Source: Nitrospirota bacterium
Lineage (GTDB): Bacteria; Nitrospirota; Thermodesulfovibrionia; Thermodesulfovibrionales; UBA9159
Assembly (NCBI GenBank): GCA_963699545.1
Contig: CAVOUE010000006.1
Location: 320,001 to 384,000 of the forward strand
Direction of reading: 5' to 3'
Length of the DNA: 64,000 nt
Shown here piece after piece: positions 9,481 through 19,459 of this stretch; the stretch's first letter is position 1; every line of letters begins with the position of its first letter. Under the pieces are notes generated by a model that was given only the letters and a program-made list of their open reading frames with translations, was not told the origin of the DNA and made no database searches. The translations under genes and the position numbers were made by a program.

Positions 9481-10236
9481 CTACATTGAGTGAGCTGTTT
9501 TAATAGGACCTTTTAGGCTCCCTGTAATAAACTGCCGTACGATCCGATCGTCGGAATGCACAATCTCTTGAGGTGTGCCCGCCACTTCTATCATCCCTTC
9601 GAAGAGAAAGGCGATCCGGTTGACAACCTCGTAGATCTCAGGGATATCGTGACTGATCATGACGCCGGTGAAGCCATATTTCTTGTGCATATCCACGATG
9701 AGTTTATGTATGGCGTGGAGCTTGATGGGGTCAAGACCTGTGGTCGGCTCGTCAAAGAGCACTATCTTCGGCTCGGTGATAAGGGCCCGGGCAAGGGCGA
9801 CCCTCTTCCTCATTCCGCCGCTGAGTTCAGCAGGATACTTCTGCTCTATTCCCAAGAGCCCTACGTCGTCCAATGCCTCTTCCACCTTTCTATGGATCTC
9901 ATCTTCAGGGAGCTTTGTTTTCTCCCTCAGAGGAAAGGCGATGTTTTCATATATCGTAAATGAATCAAAGAGGGCCCCTCCCTGGAAAACCACGCCGAAT
10001 TTTTCCCGTATACGGTCAAGCTCCCTCCTGCCGAGATCTGTAATGTCCTCGCCATCGACAATAACGTTCCCCCGATCAGGCCTCAGAAGGCCGATGAGAT
10101 GCCTGAGGAGCACACTCTTTCCCCCTCCGCTTTCGCCGATGATGGCGATGAGCTCTCCCTGGGAAATCCTTAAATTCACTCCCTTCAGGACTGCCTGCCC
10201 CTGAAAAGACTTATGGAGGTTAATAATCTCGATCAT
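9481..10236 (-). CDS. mlaF: MlaF ABC ATPase
   Basis: Walker A GESGGGKS, signature LSGGMRKRVALARA, Walker B FDEPTTGLDP. Confidence 0.95.
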   Translation of the reverse strand: MIEIINLHKSFQGQAVLKGVNLRISQGELIAIIGESGGGKSVLLRHLIGLLRPDRGNVIVDGEDITDLGRRELDRIREKFGVVFQGGALFDSFTIYENIAFPLREKTKLPEDEIHRKVEEALDDVGLLGIEQKYPAELSGGMRKRVALARALITEPKIVLFDEPTTGLDPIKLHAIHKLIVDMHKKYGFTGVMISHDIPEIYEVVNRIAFLFEGMIEVAGTPQEIVHSDDRIVRQFITGSLKGPIKTAHSM

Positions 10237-10256
10237 CCGGTCTCCTCCCTAAATCC

Positions 10257-11027
10257 CTATATGAACAATGTGCCGAGGAAATAGTCTGATATCAGGATCA
10301 ATATGGATGACATCACCACCGCCTCGGTGGTGGCCCTGCTCACTCCCTCTGCGCCATATCCCGTATAAAAACCTTTATAGCAGCATACCCACAGCACCAT
10401 GATCCCGAAGGCAAGAGATTTGTAGATCCCGATGGTGATATCCTTCATATCCACCCAATGCTCCATCTGGGAGAAATATGTTCCGGAACTCAGCCCGAGG
10501 AGCTTTACGCCCACAAAGTAGCCGCCGTAGATACCCACAAGGTCGTAAAGGGCGGTGAGGAGAGGGAAAACGATGAGGGCGGCGACCATCTTCGGGACGA
10601 TGAGATATCTTATGGGATTCAGGGCCATGGCCGTGAGAGCGTCGATCTGTTCAGTAATCCGCATGATCCCGATCTCGGCGGTAAGGGCGGAGCCGGCCCT
10701 CCCGGTGATGGTCAGCGCACAGAGGACAGGGCCCAGTTCCCGTATGAGGGGAAGGGCAACAGCAGGTCCAAGGAGCGCCTCGGAGCCGACCTTTCTCAGC
10801 ATATGATATCCCTGAAGAGCGAGTACCATTCCGGTGAAGGAGCCCATGAGGATAATGACGGTCATCGATTTTGTGCCGATGAACCGTATCTCCCTCAGGA
10901 GGATCCTGAACTTGAAAGGAGGGATAAAGGCATAGGAGAGGGACTGCAGGAGGAAGATGAACATATGGCCCATCTCCCTCACCAACGAAAGCACCCACGA
11001 ACCTATCGTCCTCAGAGATTTCTCCAT
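10257..11027 (-). CDS. mlaE: MlaE ABC permease
   Basis: IRELGPVL, GRAGSALTAEIGIMRITEQIDAL and GAEGVSRATTEAVV motifs. Confidence 0.96.
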   Translation of the reverse strand: MEKSLRTIGSWVLSLVREMGHMFIFLLQSLSYAFIPPFKFRILLREIRFIGTKSMTVIILMGSFTGMVLALQGYHMLRKVGSEALLGPAVALPLIRELGPVLCALTITGRAGSALTAEIGIMRITEQIDALTAMALNPIRYLIVPKMVAALIVFPLLTALYDLVGIYGGYFVGVKLLGLSSGTYFSQMEHWVDMKDITIGIYKSLAFGIMVLWVCCYKGFYTGYGAEGVSRATTEAVVMSSILILISDYFLGTLFI

Positions 11028-11183
11028 CGCACGCTCCCTGTCAGGCCATGACAGTTTCTATTATAAACCATTTTTCACCCCTTGCCGATAGGAAGTTTCG
11101 TTTTCCGCTTCTTTATCATCCAGGAAAGAGTGATTGCACTCCCGGGATATTCTTTCTATAATAGGCAGGTGCTTCGGTGACCT

Positions 11184-11732
11184 ATGGAATTCTACCGCGA
11201 TGAAGAAATGGGACGCGCAGAGCTGTACAAGCTCTTTTCGGCACTTTTTATGGAAGAACCTGAGGAAGGGGTCATCCTTCGGATCAGGGAGATGTTCCGG
11301 ATGAAATTCGATGATAGCCTTCAGGAGATAAGAACGGATTTTATCCGCCTTTTCCTTGGATCTGACCTTCACCTCTCCCCCCATGAATCCCTCCACAATT
11401 TTCCTTTAGGAGAGACCCCGGGGCTCTGGGGAAGGGCAACGGAAGAAGTGCAGGCGGTGTATCATTCAGCAGGCCTCATGATCGATGACGAGAGCAATCT
11501 CATCCCTGATCACCTGGGGGTGGAACTGCTCTTCATGAGCTACCTCATCGAGAAGGGGCTTGTGGGACAGCAGCAGAAGTTCATGGATGAGCACCTCCTC
11601 CGCTGGGTAGCTGAATACTGCGACGAGATGGAGAGACACGCAGCCACCACGTTCTATAAGGAGGTTGCAGTTCTCCTCAGGGAATTTGTGGCATCTGACA
11701 GCAGTGAGCTGATCGGAGGTCGTGATGCCTGA
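11184..11732 (+). CDS. TorD/DmsD family redox-enzyme maturation chaperone
   Basis: FIRLF...SPHES, IPDHLGVELLFMSYL and FMDEHLLRW motifs. Confidence 0.85.
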   Translation: MEFYRDEEMGRAELYKLFSALFMEEPEEGVILRIREMFRMKFDDSLQEIRTDFIRLFLGSDLHLSPHESLHNFPLGETPGLWGRATEEVQAVYHSAGLMIDDESNLIPDHLGVELLFMSYLIEKGLVGQQQKFMDEHLLRWVAEYCDEMERHAATTFYKEVAVLLREFVASDSSELIGGRDA

Positions 11733-11964
11733 AAAGGAGCCGGAGAAACCCCTGTTCAAACACCTCCTGGAGGCGAGCACAGTGGGCATCCAGCTTGTCC
11801 TCTGCACATTTGTGGGGTTTGCCATAGGATACTACCTCGACAAATTTTTCGGGACCTTCCCGTGGCTTACGGTGATATTCCTCCTTCTGGGCATCATCGC
11901 AGGATTTTATGACCTGCTGAAGGTCGCCAGGAGACAGAATGGACATGACAAAAAAGGTACTTAA
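11725..11964 (+). CDS. atpZ: AtpZ/AtpI family small membrane protein (ATP synthase gene 1)
   Basis: GFAIGYYLDKFFGTFPWLTVIFLLLGIIAGF signature. Confidence 0.88.
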   Translation: MPEKEPEKPLFKHLLEASTVGIQLVLCTFVGFAIGYYLDKFFGTFPWLTVIFLLLGIIAGFYDLLKVARRQNGHDKKGT

Positions 11965-12331
11965 ACAAACAACAATTGTGATCGTCCCCCTGGTCATCCT
12001 CTCCCTGATTGTAGACTGGAATAAAGAGAGTCTCAGGTTCCTGAGGCCTTTCGGGAACCCGGATTATGTAACCATAAGCATCGTCCTCGGAGCGGTCCTC
12101 GGCATCGCCAACCTGAGGGCGATGATCTGGAGCCTCGAAAGCATGCTCGGCACCCGGCAGGCAAGTGCCAAGCTGGTGTTCCTGAGCCTGCTCCGCCTTT
12201 TCATACTCTTCGCCATCATCATAGTCCTCGCGGCCCTGCAGCTCATCAACTTCCTCGGCCTTCTTGCAGGAATGACCGTGCCCTTTATTTTCCTTATAAA
12301 AGAGGCCCTGAAGATGGCGCAGAAAGAGTAA
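11939..12331 (+). CDS. atpI: ATP synthase subunit I-like membrane protein
   Basis: Four TM helices, GAVLGIANL motif, and an Arg in LLRL; follows atpZ. Confidence 0.7.
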   Translation: MDMTKKVLKQTTIVIVPLVILSLIVDWNKESLRFLRPFGNPDYVTISIVLGAVLGIANLRAMIWSLESMLGTRQASAKLVFLSLLRLFILFAIIIVLAALQLINFLGLLAGMTVPFIFLIKEALKMAQKE

Positions 12332-12360
12332 CGCTCCTCATCCTTCGTCATAGAATTTCC

Positions 12361-12390
12361 TTGACTTACCATTTCAGGACATGCTATGAT
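12361..12390 (+). promoter_or_regulatory. Sigma70-type promoter for csp
   Basis: TTGACT-N18-TATGAT with a TGn extended -10. Confidence 0.6.
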
Positions 12391-12423
12391 GAGATAGAAT
12401 TTTGGAAGTTTTTGCGATCACAG

Positions 12424-12460
12424 GAGGCCACAAAGACTTTTGACTTTGTGGCCTCTTTTT
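12424..12460 (+). terminator. Terminator-like hairpin within the putative csp 5' leader
   Basis: GAGGCCACAAAG / CTTTGTGGCCTC 12-bp perfect stem, 8-nt loop, followed by TTTTT. Confidence 0.65.
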
Positions 12461-12508
12461 GTTGAGGCCTTCTGAGATTTCAGTTTAAAAAAAAGGAGGT
12501 AAGAGGAA

Positions 12509-12709
12509 ATGGCACGTGGAACAGTGAAGTGGTTCAACGACAGCAAAGGTTTTGGCTTCATTACTTCTGAAGACAACACTGACGTTTTTGTTCACCATAC
12601 GTCCATTCAGGGCAACGGGTTTAAGTCCCTTGCCGAAGGTGATTCAGTCAGCTTCGATATTGAAAAAGGCCCGAAGGGTCCCAAAGCGATCAATGTCGTC
12701 AAACTCTAA
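12509..12709 (+). CDS. csp: Cold-shock protein (CspA family)
   Basis: [15 protein letters not shown] and DVFVHH RNP motifs; strong AGGAGG upstream. Confidence 0.98.
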   Translation: MARGTVKWFNDSKGFGFITSEDNTDVFVHHTSIQGNGFKSLAEGDSVSFDIEKGPKGPKAINVVKL

Positions 12710-12719
12710 TTAGCTGCGC

Positions 12720-12758
12720 AATGAAAAGGCCCCCTCCACCGGCGGGGGCCTTTTCATT
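12720..12758. terminator. Bidirectional intrinsic terminator
   Basis: AATGAAAAGGCCCCC / GGGGGCCTTTTCATT inverted repeat between convergent genes. Confidence 0.85.
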
Positions 12759-12780
12759 TGTAACGCTCCGCATCTTCATT

Positions 12781-14124
12781 CTACCCGTCAAGCACTTCCA
12801 CCCGGTTCCTTCCCAGCGCTTTGGCCCTGTATAATGCACCATCCACCCGTCGAGTGAACCGGAAAAAATCGTCCTCATCGACGAGCTGGGTCACTCCGAA
12901 ACTGCAGGTGACCCTTCCCACACCGGTAAAGCGGTGGTTCTCTATCTTCTCCCTGAATTTTTCCGCAAGCTGCCCTCCACTCTCCAGTCTGTTGTGGCTA
13001 AGAAGGATCATGAACTCTTCTCCACCCCACCGGGCGAAATGGTCGTACCTCCGCAACTCCTTTGCCATCAGGTCAGTCATCTGCTGAAGAACGACGTCTC
13101 CCGCATGGTGGCCGAACGTGTCGTTCACCTCCTTGAAATGGTCAATATCGAACATGACAAGGGAGAGGGGAATGCTATGGCGTCTTGACCTGCTGATCTC
13201 CGCGTGAAGGATATCATCGAATTTCAGTCTGTTATACACGCCGGTAAGAGGGTCAGTGGTCGCCTGGTGTTCGAGCAGTTCGTTTGCCCTGTTCAGTGCC
13301 TCATAGGCCTGTTTGATAGGGGTCATATCGTGAAATGCCGCAACAAAACCCGCTGGCTTCCCATCGTCGATAATGGGATTGCAGACGAAGGAAACGGGAA
13401 TGAGCGTGCCGTCCTTGCCTGTCAGGAATTCCTCTGCATTGCGGCAGGCCTTGCCCGATTGGATGGCCCTCAATATCTGGTGATCAGATAAAGGAATCCC
13501 TGTCCCGTCGGCCTTCTGGAAGTGAATGATATCATGAATCCTTTTCCCTAGGAGTTCAGCATCCGTCCAGCCCAGAAGGCGTTCGGCCTCGGGATTCATA
13601 AAGACGAGACGCCCTTCTTCATTCAGTACGAACACCCCTTCGCCCAGCACCGACACGATGGTGCGTAGCCTGTTCTCACTTTCTTTCAGTGCCTCCTCGG
13701 TCTTCTTCTGCCCTGTAATGTCTTCCATTGCCAGGAGTACGAACGTTTGATCTCCGTAAACGAGAGAGTTTGCCGTGACACTGAACCAGACATCCACGAT
13801 GCGGCCATCCCTGAGCATCCGCATGTTCACCTTCTCATTAAAGACCGGCTCTCCTTGGAACGCCTTTCCCACGGCGTTCCGGATGACACAATCGCTGCAC
13901 GATGATGACCTGCCACACCCTTCCGGCGTTTCATTGGCGTAGAGGCAGTGCAGGACATCCCCTCCCCTCTTCAGGAGAACAGCCTCTTTATCAGGGCCCA
14001 CCACCATGGATGCGGCAGAGTTCAGATGCAGTACCCTCACGTCGTCATCCACGATGAACAGAAAAGAGGGGATGGCATCGATCAGGTTCTGGAGGAAGCT
14101 GCCTTTGGCAATGATTTTTCCCAT
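12781..14124 (-). CDS. PAS-PAS-GGDEF diguanylate cyclase
   Basis: Two PAS domains; TDPLTGVYNR, FDIDHFKEVND, RxxD I-site (RYD) and ARWGGEEF active site. Confidence 0.93.
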   Translation of the reverse strand: MGKIIAKGSFLQNLIDAIPSFLFIVDDDVRVLHLNSAASMVVGPDKEAVLLKRGGDVLHCLYANETPEGCGRSSSCSDCVIRNAVGKAFQGEPVFNEKVNMRMLRDGRIVDVWFSVTANSLVYGDQTFVLLAMEDITGQKKTEEALKESENRLRTIVSVLGEGVFVLNEEGRLVFMNPEAERLLGWTDAELLGKRIHDIIHFQKADGTGIPLSDHQILRAIQSGKACRNAEEFLTGKDGTLIPVSFVCNPIIDDGKPAGFVAAFHDMTPIKQAYEALNRANELLEHQATTDPLTGVYNRLKFDDILHAEISRSRRHSIPLSLVMFDIDHFKEVNDTFGHHAGDVVLQQMTDLMAKELRRYDHFARWGGEEFMILLSHNRLESGGQLAEKFREKIENHRFTGVGRVTCSFGVTQLVDEDDFFRFTRRVDGALYRAKALGRNRVEVLDG

Positions 14125-14221
14125 AATCTCTAGCCCTTCTTGATGATCGTTCCTCCTTTTTCACTCTACACGCTTTGGCCGACACTGTCAATTCGAAGAG
14201 CCCGGAAAAGAGGAAGGGGGG

Positions 14222-14255
14222 AGGGGCCTCCTTTTGGGGGGGAACGGAGGCCCCT
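14222..14255 (-). terminator. GC-rich hairpin downstream of ftsZ
   Basis: AGGGGCCTCC / GGAGGCCCCT 10-bp inverted repeat; the following pyrimidine tract is imperfect. Confidence 0.4.
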
Positions 14256-14267
14256 TGGCGGAGGGAA

Positions 14268-15425
14268 CTACATTTCTCGCTGCGGTATCTTTCTCATGAA
14301 CGTGGGGACATCAAGGGAATCTTCATACGGCATAAGGTCAGAAGATACGCTGTTCACCATCATTCCGGAGGCAAGGTTCTTGGAAAGAACCCGTGACGAT
14401 GCCTTCAGCGCCACAGGATCGCTCAGAGGTGTCCATTTCTTCACCTGTGGCAGATCCACCTTTTCCTTCTTTTCCTCAAAACCGGTGGCGATGACCGTAA
14501 TCCTCACTTCATCCTCTATGTCCGGGTCTATCACATTACCGATGATGATCGTCGCATTTTCATGTGCCGAGTCATAAATGATGGAGGCAGCCTCCTGCAC
14601 TTCATTCAGGGAAAGGTTGATGCCTCCCGTGATGTTAAAGAGGATGCCCCTGGCCCCATCAATGGTCGAGTCCTCGAGAAGAGGGTTCAGGATCGCTTTC
14701 TTTGCCGCTTCTGCAGCGCCTCCTTCACCCTTGCCTATGCCCGTTCCCATCACCGCTTTCCCCGTGTTCTGCATGATGGTCCTTACATCTGCAAAGTCCA
14801 CGTTGATGAGTCCGGGTTTAAGAATGATATCGGATATCCCCTGCACCGCCTGTCTCAGCACATCATTGGCAATACTGAAGCCTTTGAGCAGGGGAGTATT
14901 CTTGTCAACGACGAGGGTTATGCGGTCGTTGGGGATCACGATGAGGGTGTCCACATTGCTCCTCAGCTCCCGTATGCCCTCTTCCGCATTGATGGCCCTT
15001 ATCTTTGCCTCGTAGAAGAAAGGCTTTGTCACAATGGCGACAGTGAGGGCGCCCATTTCCTTTGCCACACTGGCAACCACCGTGGAAGCCCCTGTCCCTG
15101 TGCCCCCGCCCATACCGGCAGTGATGAAGACCATATCAGCACCTTCAATGGCCTCTGCGATGGAGGCCCTGTCTTCAAGGGCCGACTGCCTGCCCACCTG
15201 GGGATTCGAGCCAGCACCAAGTCCTTTCGTAATTGACGCCCCTATCTGGACCTTTACCGGCGCAAGGGATGTCTCGAGGACCTGGGTATCGGTATTCACA
15301 GCGATGAACTCCACCCCCTGAAGACGGGAGGCGATCATGTTGTTGATAGCGTTCCCGCCTGCCCCTCCTACCCCCACAACCCTAATCTTTGCTGACTGCC
15401 CTTTCACATCATCGATTTCAAACAT
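14268..15425 (-). CDS. ftsZ: Cell division GTPase FtsZ
   Basis: GVGGAGGNA, GMGGGTGTG, INVDFADV and C-terminal LDVPTFMRK. Confidence 0.99.
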   Translation of the reverse strand: MFEIDDVKGQSAKIRVVGVGGAGGNAINNMIASRLQGVEFIAVNTDTQVLETSLAPVKVQIGASITKGLGAGSNPQVGRQSALEDRASIAEAIEGADMVFITAGMGGGTGTGASTVVASVAKEMGALTVAIVTKPFFYEAKIRAINAEEGIRELRSNVDTLIVIPNDRITLVVDKNTPLLKGFSIANDVLRQAVQGISDIILKPGLINVDFADVRTIMQNTGKAVMGTGIGKGEGGAAEAAKKAILNPLLEDSTIDGARGILFNITGGINLSLNEVQEAASIIYDSAHENATIIIGNVIDPDIEDEVRITVIATGFEEKKEKVDLPQVKKWTPLSDPVALKASSRVLSKNLASGMMVNSVSSDLMPYEDSLDVPTFMRKIPQREM

Positions 15426-15455
15426 GCCACTCCTCCTTTCCTTCCTTCATTTTGT

Positions 15456-16709
15456 CTATGTAAAGTATTCCCTGGCCCAGTATTTCATCCGCTCGAATAT
15501 GCTGACGGTCGTGAGCTGTTCCTGCGGCGTGTTGTCAGCCAGCTGTTCCCTTTGGTCCAGACCGTACTGGACAAGCCCGACACCGGTAGCGTATTCAGGA
15601 CTGTTCACGAGCCCTTCATTTATTATCTTTACGGGGACCCCTATCCTGATGGGAAGCCCGAGAATAGACCCTGCCATGGCATCAAGCCCCCCGAGCAGCG
15701 ATGTCCCGCCGGTGAGCACCACTGAGGTACGGGAAGGCGACTGTGCCGGAGCCGTTCCTTCTGAGACCGTCCCGATCTCCTTCTGCACCAACGTCATGAT
15801 CTCTTCGCACCGGGGCTGTATGATCTCGACAAGATGGCTAAGCGGCAGTTTCATCATCCTCTCATCCGCTCCCTTCACTTCCAGCTCGCCCCGTTCGTCG
15901 ATGACCCCTGTCACGGCATATCCGTACGTCTTCTTGAGACGTTCCGCCTCCTCGACAGAGATTCCGAGACCGACCGAAATGTCACTGGTGATGTGGTTTC
16001 CCCCCAGGGCAAGGACCGCGGTATGTTTCAACACGCCATCACGGTACACAGCAACATCAGTGGTGCCGCCGCCTATGTCCACGAGGGCAACCCCCCTGTC
16101 CCTCTCCTCATCCGTAAGCACCGCGTCCGCAGAGGCCAGCGGTTCAAGGACGATGTCAGCCACCCTCACCCTGGCCATCTCGCAGCACTTGACGAGATTC
16201 TGGACCGAGGTCACCGAACCCGTGACTATATGTACGATGGCCTCCAGTCTCTCGCAGGACATACCCACGGGATCCTTTACCCCGTTGTTACCGTCCAGAC
16301 GGAATCCCGCAGGTATCACATGGAGGATCTCCCTGTCTACAGGCACATACACCGCACTCGCGGAATCCATCAGCCTGTCCACGTCCTCTTCCCTGACCAT
16401 GCGGCTCTTGACGCCAATGGCACCAAAGCCGCTGAATCCCTTGATATGGCCTCCGGCAATGCCGACGACAACAGACCGTATCTTGATCCCCGCGGCCTCC
16501 TCCGCATTCCTTACCGCCCTCTTTATGGAGTCTGCCGCGAGGCCGGTGTCCACCACCATGCCTTTCCTTAAGCCATAGGAGGGGGATGATCCCACGGAGA
16601 CGATCCTTGTCCTGCCGCCTTCCCGTATACCGGACAGAGCGCATATCTTCGTGGTGCCCACGTCAAGACCGACGGAGAAATCCATCCGGCTGGAACTTCT
16701 CGCGGTCAT
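15456..16709 (-). CDS. ftsA: Cell division protein FtsA
   Basis: GLDVGTTKI, VDIGGGTTD, VVLTGG and YATGVGL motifs. Confidence 0.97.
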   Translation of the reverse strand: MTARSSSRMDFSVGLDVGTTKICALSGIREGGRTRIVSVGSSPSYGLRKGMVVDTGLAADSIKRAVRNAEEAAGIKIRSVVVGIAGGHIKGFSGFGAIGVKSRMVREEDVDRLMDSASAVYVPVDREILHVIPAGFRLDGNNGVKDPVGMSCERLEAIVHIVTGSVTSVQNLVKCCEMARVRVADIVLEPLASADAVLTDEERDRGVALVDIGGGTTDVAVYRDGVLKHTAVLALGGNHITSDISVGLGISVEEAERLKKTYGYAVTGVIDERGELEVKGADERMMKLPLSHLVEIIQPRCEEIMTLVQKEIGTVSEGTAPAQSPSRTSVVLTGGTSLLGGLDAMAGSILGLPIRIGVPVKIINEGLVNSPEYATGVGLVQYGLDQREQLADNTPQEQLTTVSIFERMKYWAREYFT

Positions 16710-17494
16710 CTCACCACCTCACTGATGGGCTTCACCACTACCCTGTTCGCAAATCTGAGGTCAACGTAATCAACGGTAATGGCCCGTTTCTTTATCTCTT
16801 CCTCAAGGGCGAAGAGCCTGTTCAGTTTTTGTTCATAATCCCCATGCCCCACCTTGATGACCACATTATCAAGGACCATGGAGATAGTCTCGGGACCATT
16901 GTCAGCGATAATCTCCACACGGTTCCTTTCGGTCGCTATTTTCCTGTCCTTTATCACTTTCGCCAGGTTCAGGGCCTCCATGAGATTTTCCCGGTTCTTA
17001 AAAGGGTCGGCGTTGATGACGGGGAGAAAGGGCACCGTTCCCTTCATCTCCTCAAGCATCCTGCCCCTCTCATCAATGAGAAAAGTGCGTCCTTTCGTCT
17101 CGAGGATCGCAAAGGGAGATGTCTCACCGAGTCTTATCAGAATCCTGTGGGGGAATTCCTTTCTGACGCTCACGTCCCTGATCCAGGGAGACTGTAGAAG
17201 CCTGGTGGAAAGCCCCCTTGCAGAAAGGGTAAGGAGGTTTTCGTTCCCGTTGATCCCCGCTATGGCCTTCAACTCCCCTTCCGAAAGGTGCACGTTCCCC
17301 TGAAAGACGATCTCCTTCACCGGAAAAAGAGTGGTGCCGAGCCGGTAAAGCCGGAGGCTCAACACGACACCTCCCGCGACGGAGAGGACCAGCACACCCA
17401 CAAGGAGGGTGCGAGACCTGAACAGGTTTTTCCATGATCTCTTCCGGCCTTGAGAATATTTGCTTTTCTTTCCGGGATCGAAGGCCTTCATCAC
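16706..17494 (-). CDS. ftsQ: Cell division protein FtsQ/DivIB
   Basis: TM helix, POTRA domain ([13 protein letters not shown]) and YVDLRF motif; position in dcw. Confidence 0.93.
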   Translation of the reverse strand: MMKAFDPGKKSKYSQGRKRSWKNLFRSRTLLVGVLVLSVAGGVVLSLRLYRLGTTLFPVKEIVFQGNVHLSEGELKAIAGINGNENLLTLSARGLSTRLLQSPWIRDVSVRKEFPHRILIRLGETSPFAILETKGRTFLIDERGRMLEEMKGTVPFLPVINADPFKNRENLMEALNLAKVIKDRKIATERNRVEIIADNGPETISMVLDNVVIKVGHGDYEQKLNRLFALEEEIKKRAITVDYVDLRFANRVVVKPISEVVR

Positions 17495-18513
17495 CTTCCT
17501 CCCCTCGCCAGCGTCTCTTTCAGTATTTCCTCAAGGAGAGAAGGAAAATCGAGACCGGACAGCCGTGCGATCTTCGGCAGGAGACTGGTCTCTGTCATCC
17601 CCGGGATGGTATTCACCTCCAGAACACAGGAGTTGCCCTCATCATCCACAATGAGGTCAACCCTCGTGGCACCCGTACAACCCAGGGCCAGATGCGCTGA
17701 AAGGGCGATCCTCTCTGCCTTGTGCAGGGTCTCCGAGCGCACCTCGGGAGGAAGGATATAGTCGGTCATGCCCGGCGTGTATTTTGCCTCATAGCTGTAA
17801 AACTCAAGCTTCGGCCTCACCTCAACCGAGCCGAGTATCTTCCCATTGAGGATCCCCACCTGTATCTCCCTTCCTCGGATAAACTTCTCTATGATCACCC
17901 TCTCCCCAAACCTAAGGGCAGTCCCCATCGCAGCATCTATGGAAGATTCTTCTTTCACGATACTCACTCCAATGCTGGAGCCTTCAGTGGCCGGCTTTAT
18001 CACCCACGGCATAGCGAAAGCAATTCTCAATGTTGAGTTTTGAATTTTGAGTGAAAAATGTTTTCTTGAACGTCGAACGTCGAACTTTGCTGCCTCAGGC
18101 GGCTCGTTCTCTCCAGCGAATCCACCCGAATGCGGACCGGGGCGGGGACCTTGAACGGTCACGAACGGTGCAACAGGAATTTTATGATACAGGAAGGCCT
18201 TCTTAGATGCCTCTTTGTCCATGGCGAGGGCTGATGCAAGAACGCCTGAGCCGGTATAGGGAATTCCGAGCACCTCCAGGAGCCCTTGAATGGAGCCGTC
18301 TTCCCCGTATCCTCCGTGAAGGATAATGAACGCGATCTCAATCCCCTCCCTCTTCAGCACTGCACAGATGTCGGCACCGGCGTCAATGGCAACGGCATTG
18401 TAGCGGAGGCCCTTCAATGTATTAAGCACCGCTGTCCCGCTTTTCAGAGAGACCTCTCTTTCGGCAGAAATGCCGCCCATAAGGACACCGATCCTCTTAC
18501 CCGTTATCGGCAC
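17491..18513 (-). CDS. ddl: D-alanine--D-alanine ligase with a repeat-derived internal insertion
   Basis: [34 protein letters not shown] and EVNTIPGMT motifs; extra segment at about 18025-18156. Confidence 0.97.
   Translation of the reverse strand: MPITGKRIGVLMGGISAEREVSLKSGTAVLNTLKGLRYNAVAIDAGADICAVLKREGIEIAFIILHGGYGEDGSIQGLLEVLGIPYTGSGVLASALAMDKEASKKAFLYHKIPVAPFVTVQGPRPGPHSGGFAGENEPPEAAKFDVRRSRKHFSLKIQNSTLRIAFAMPWVIKPATEGSSIGVSIVKEESSIDAAMGTALRFGERVIIEKFIRGREIQVGILNGKILGSVEVRPKLEFYSYEAKYTPGMTDYILPPEVRSETLHKAERIALSAHLALGCTGATRVDLIVDDEGNSCVLEVNTIPGMTETSLLPKIARLSGLDFPSLLEEILKETLARGGR
18032..18156. repeat. Composite heptamer/palindrome element in frame within ddl
   Basis: GTTGAGT-TTTGAAT-TTTGAGT (18032-18052); TTGAACG-TCGAACG-TCGAACT (18066-18086); 18082-18156 is homologous to 25724-25768. 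Confidence 0.75.
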
Positions 18514-19459
18514 TGCCGAACCTCCCCACAATCCTTATCTCCGGTTCCAGTACTGCCCCGAAGGCCTTCATCACCCTTTCCTTCACTTCCTCCATCAACC
18601 CCAGGAAGTCCGCCGCCTTCCCATTACCCTTATTGATAAGGAAATTCGCATGGAGGCTGCTCACTTCCACATCGCCCCTCCTCATTCCCTTGCATCCGGC
18701 CTCATCAATGAGCCTGCCTGCATGGGCGCCAGGGGGATTCTTGAATACACATCCCGCAGAAAACTGGGATACGGGCTGTTTCTGCACTTTTTCCCGGAGG
18801 AAATCACCCACCCTTTTCGCCACGTTCCGTGGGTCTTCCTTTTCAAATCTCACATTCGCGCTAAGGACGATCGTCCCTTCAGGGATGGCCGACCGCCTGT
18901 AACCGAACCCGAGGTCGTCCCTGCCGATGGAGAACACCTTGCCCCTGATATCGATAACGGTCACTGACTCCACACTATCTCCGATCTCCTGTCCGAAAGA
19001 ACCGGCATTTCCGCGGAGAGCGCCCCCCATGAGACCGGGGATGCCTGCCAGCCCTTCTATACCTCCATACCCGTGGGCCATGCCAAGATTCACCAGTTTC
19101 TGAAGCGGGGTGCCTGCCTCCACAAAGAGCCTCACCTCATCGGCACTTTCTTCAATGGTCTCTATGTGATTAAGCATAACCGTAGAGATGACCGCCCCCT
19201 GTATCCCGTGATCGGAGACCAGGAGGTTGCTGCCTCCTCCCACGGGCATCATAGTGATGCTTTCATCCTTCAGGGCTATCAACAGGTTCTTCAGGGAAGG
19301 TATGTTTTTCGTGATCACATAGAAGTCGGCGGGACCGCCGATCCTGAGGGTTGTGTGGTCCTTCATTGACTCATCGGCAAACACATCCCCCACGAAGACG
19401 TCCGCACCGAATATCTCCTTCATCCTCTTGTCGGACAACTGCTGGGTCATCACCTTCAT
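18497..19459 (-). CDS. murB: UDP-N-acetylenolpyruvoylglucosamine reductase
   Basis: [36 protein letters not shown] and HANFLIN motifs. Confidence 0.97.
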   Translation of the reverse strand: MKVMTQQLSDKRMKEIFGADVFVGDVFADESMKDHTTLRIGGPADFYVITKNIPSLKNLLIALKDESITMMPVGGGSNLLVSDHGIQGAVISTVMLNHIETIEESADEVRLFVEAGTPLQKLVNLGMAHGYGGIEGLAGIPGLMGGALRGNAGSFGQEIGDSVESVTVIDIRGKVFSIGRDDLGFGYRRSAIPEGTIVLSANVRFEKEDPRNVAKRVGDFLREKVQKQPVSQFSAGCVFKNPPGAHAGRLIDEAGCKGMRRGDVEVSSLHANFLINKGNGKAADFLGLMEEVKERVMKAFGAVLEPEIRIVGRFGSADNG

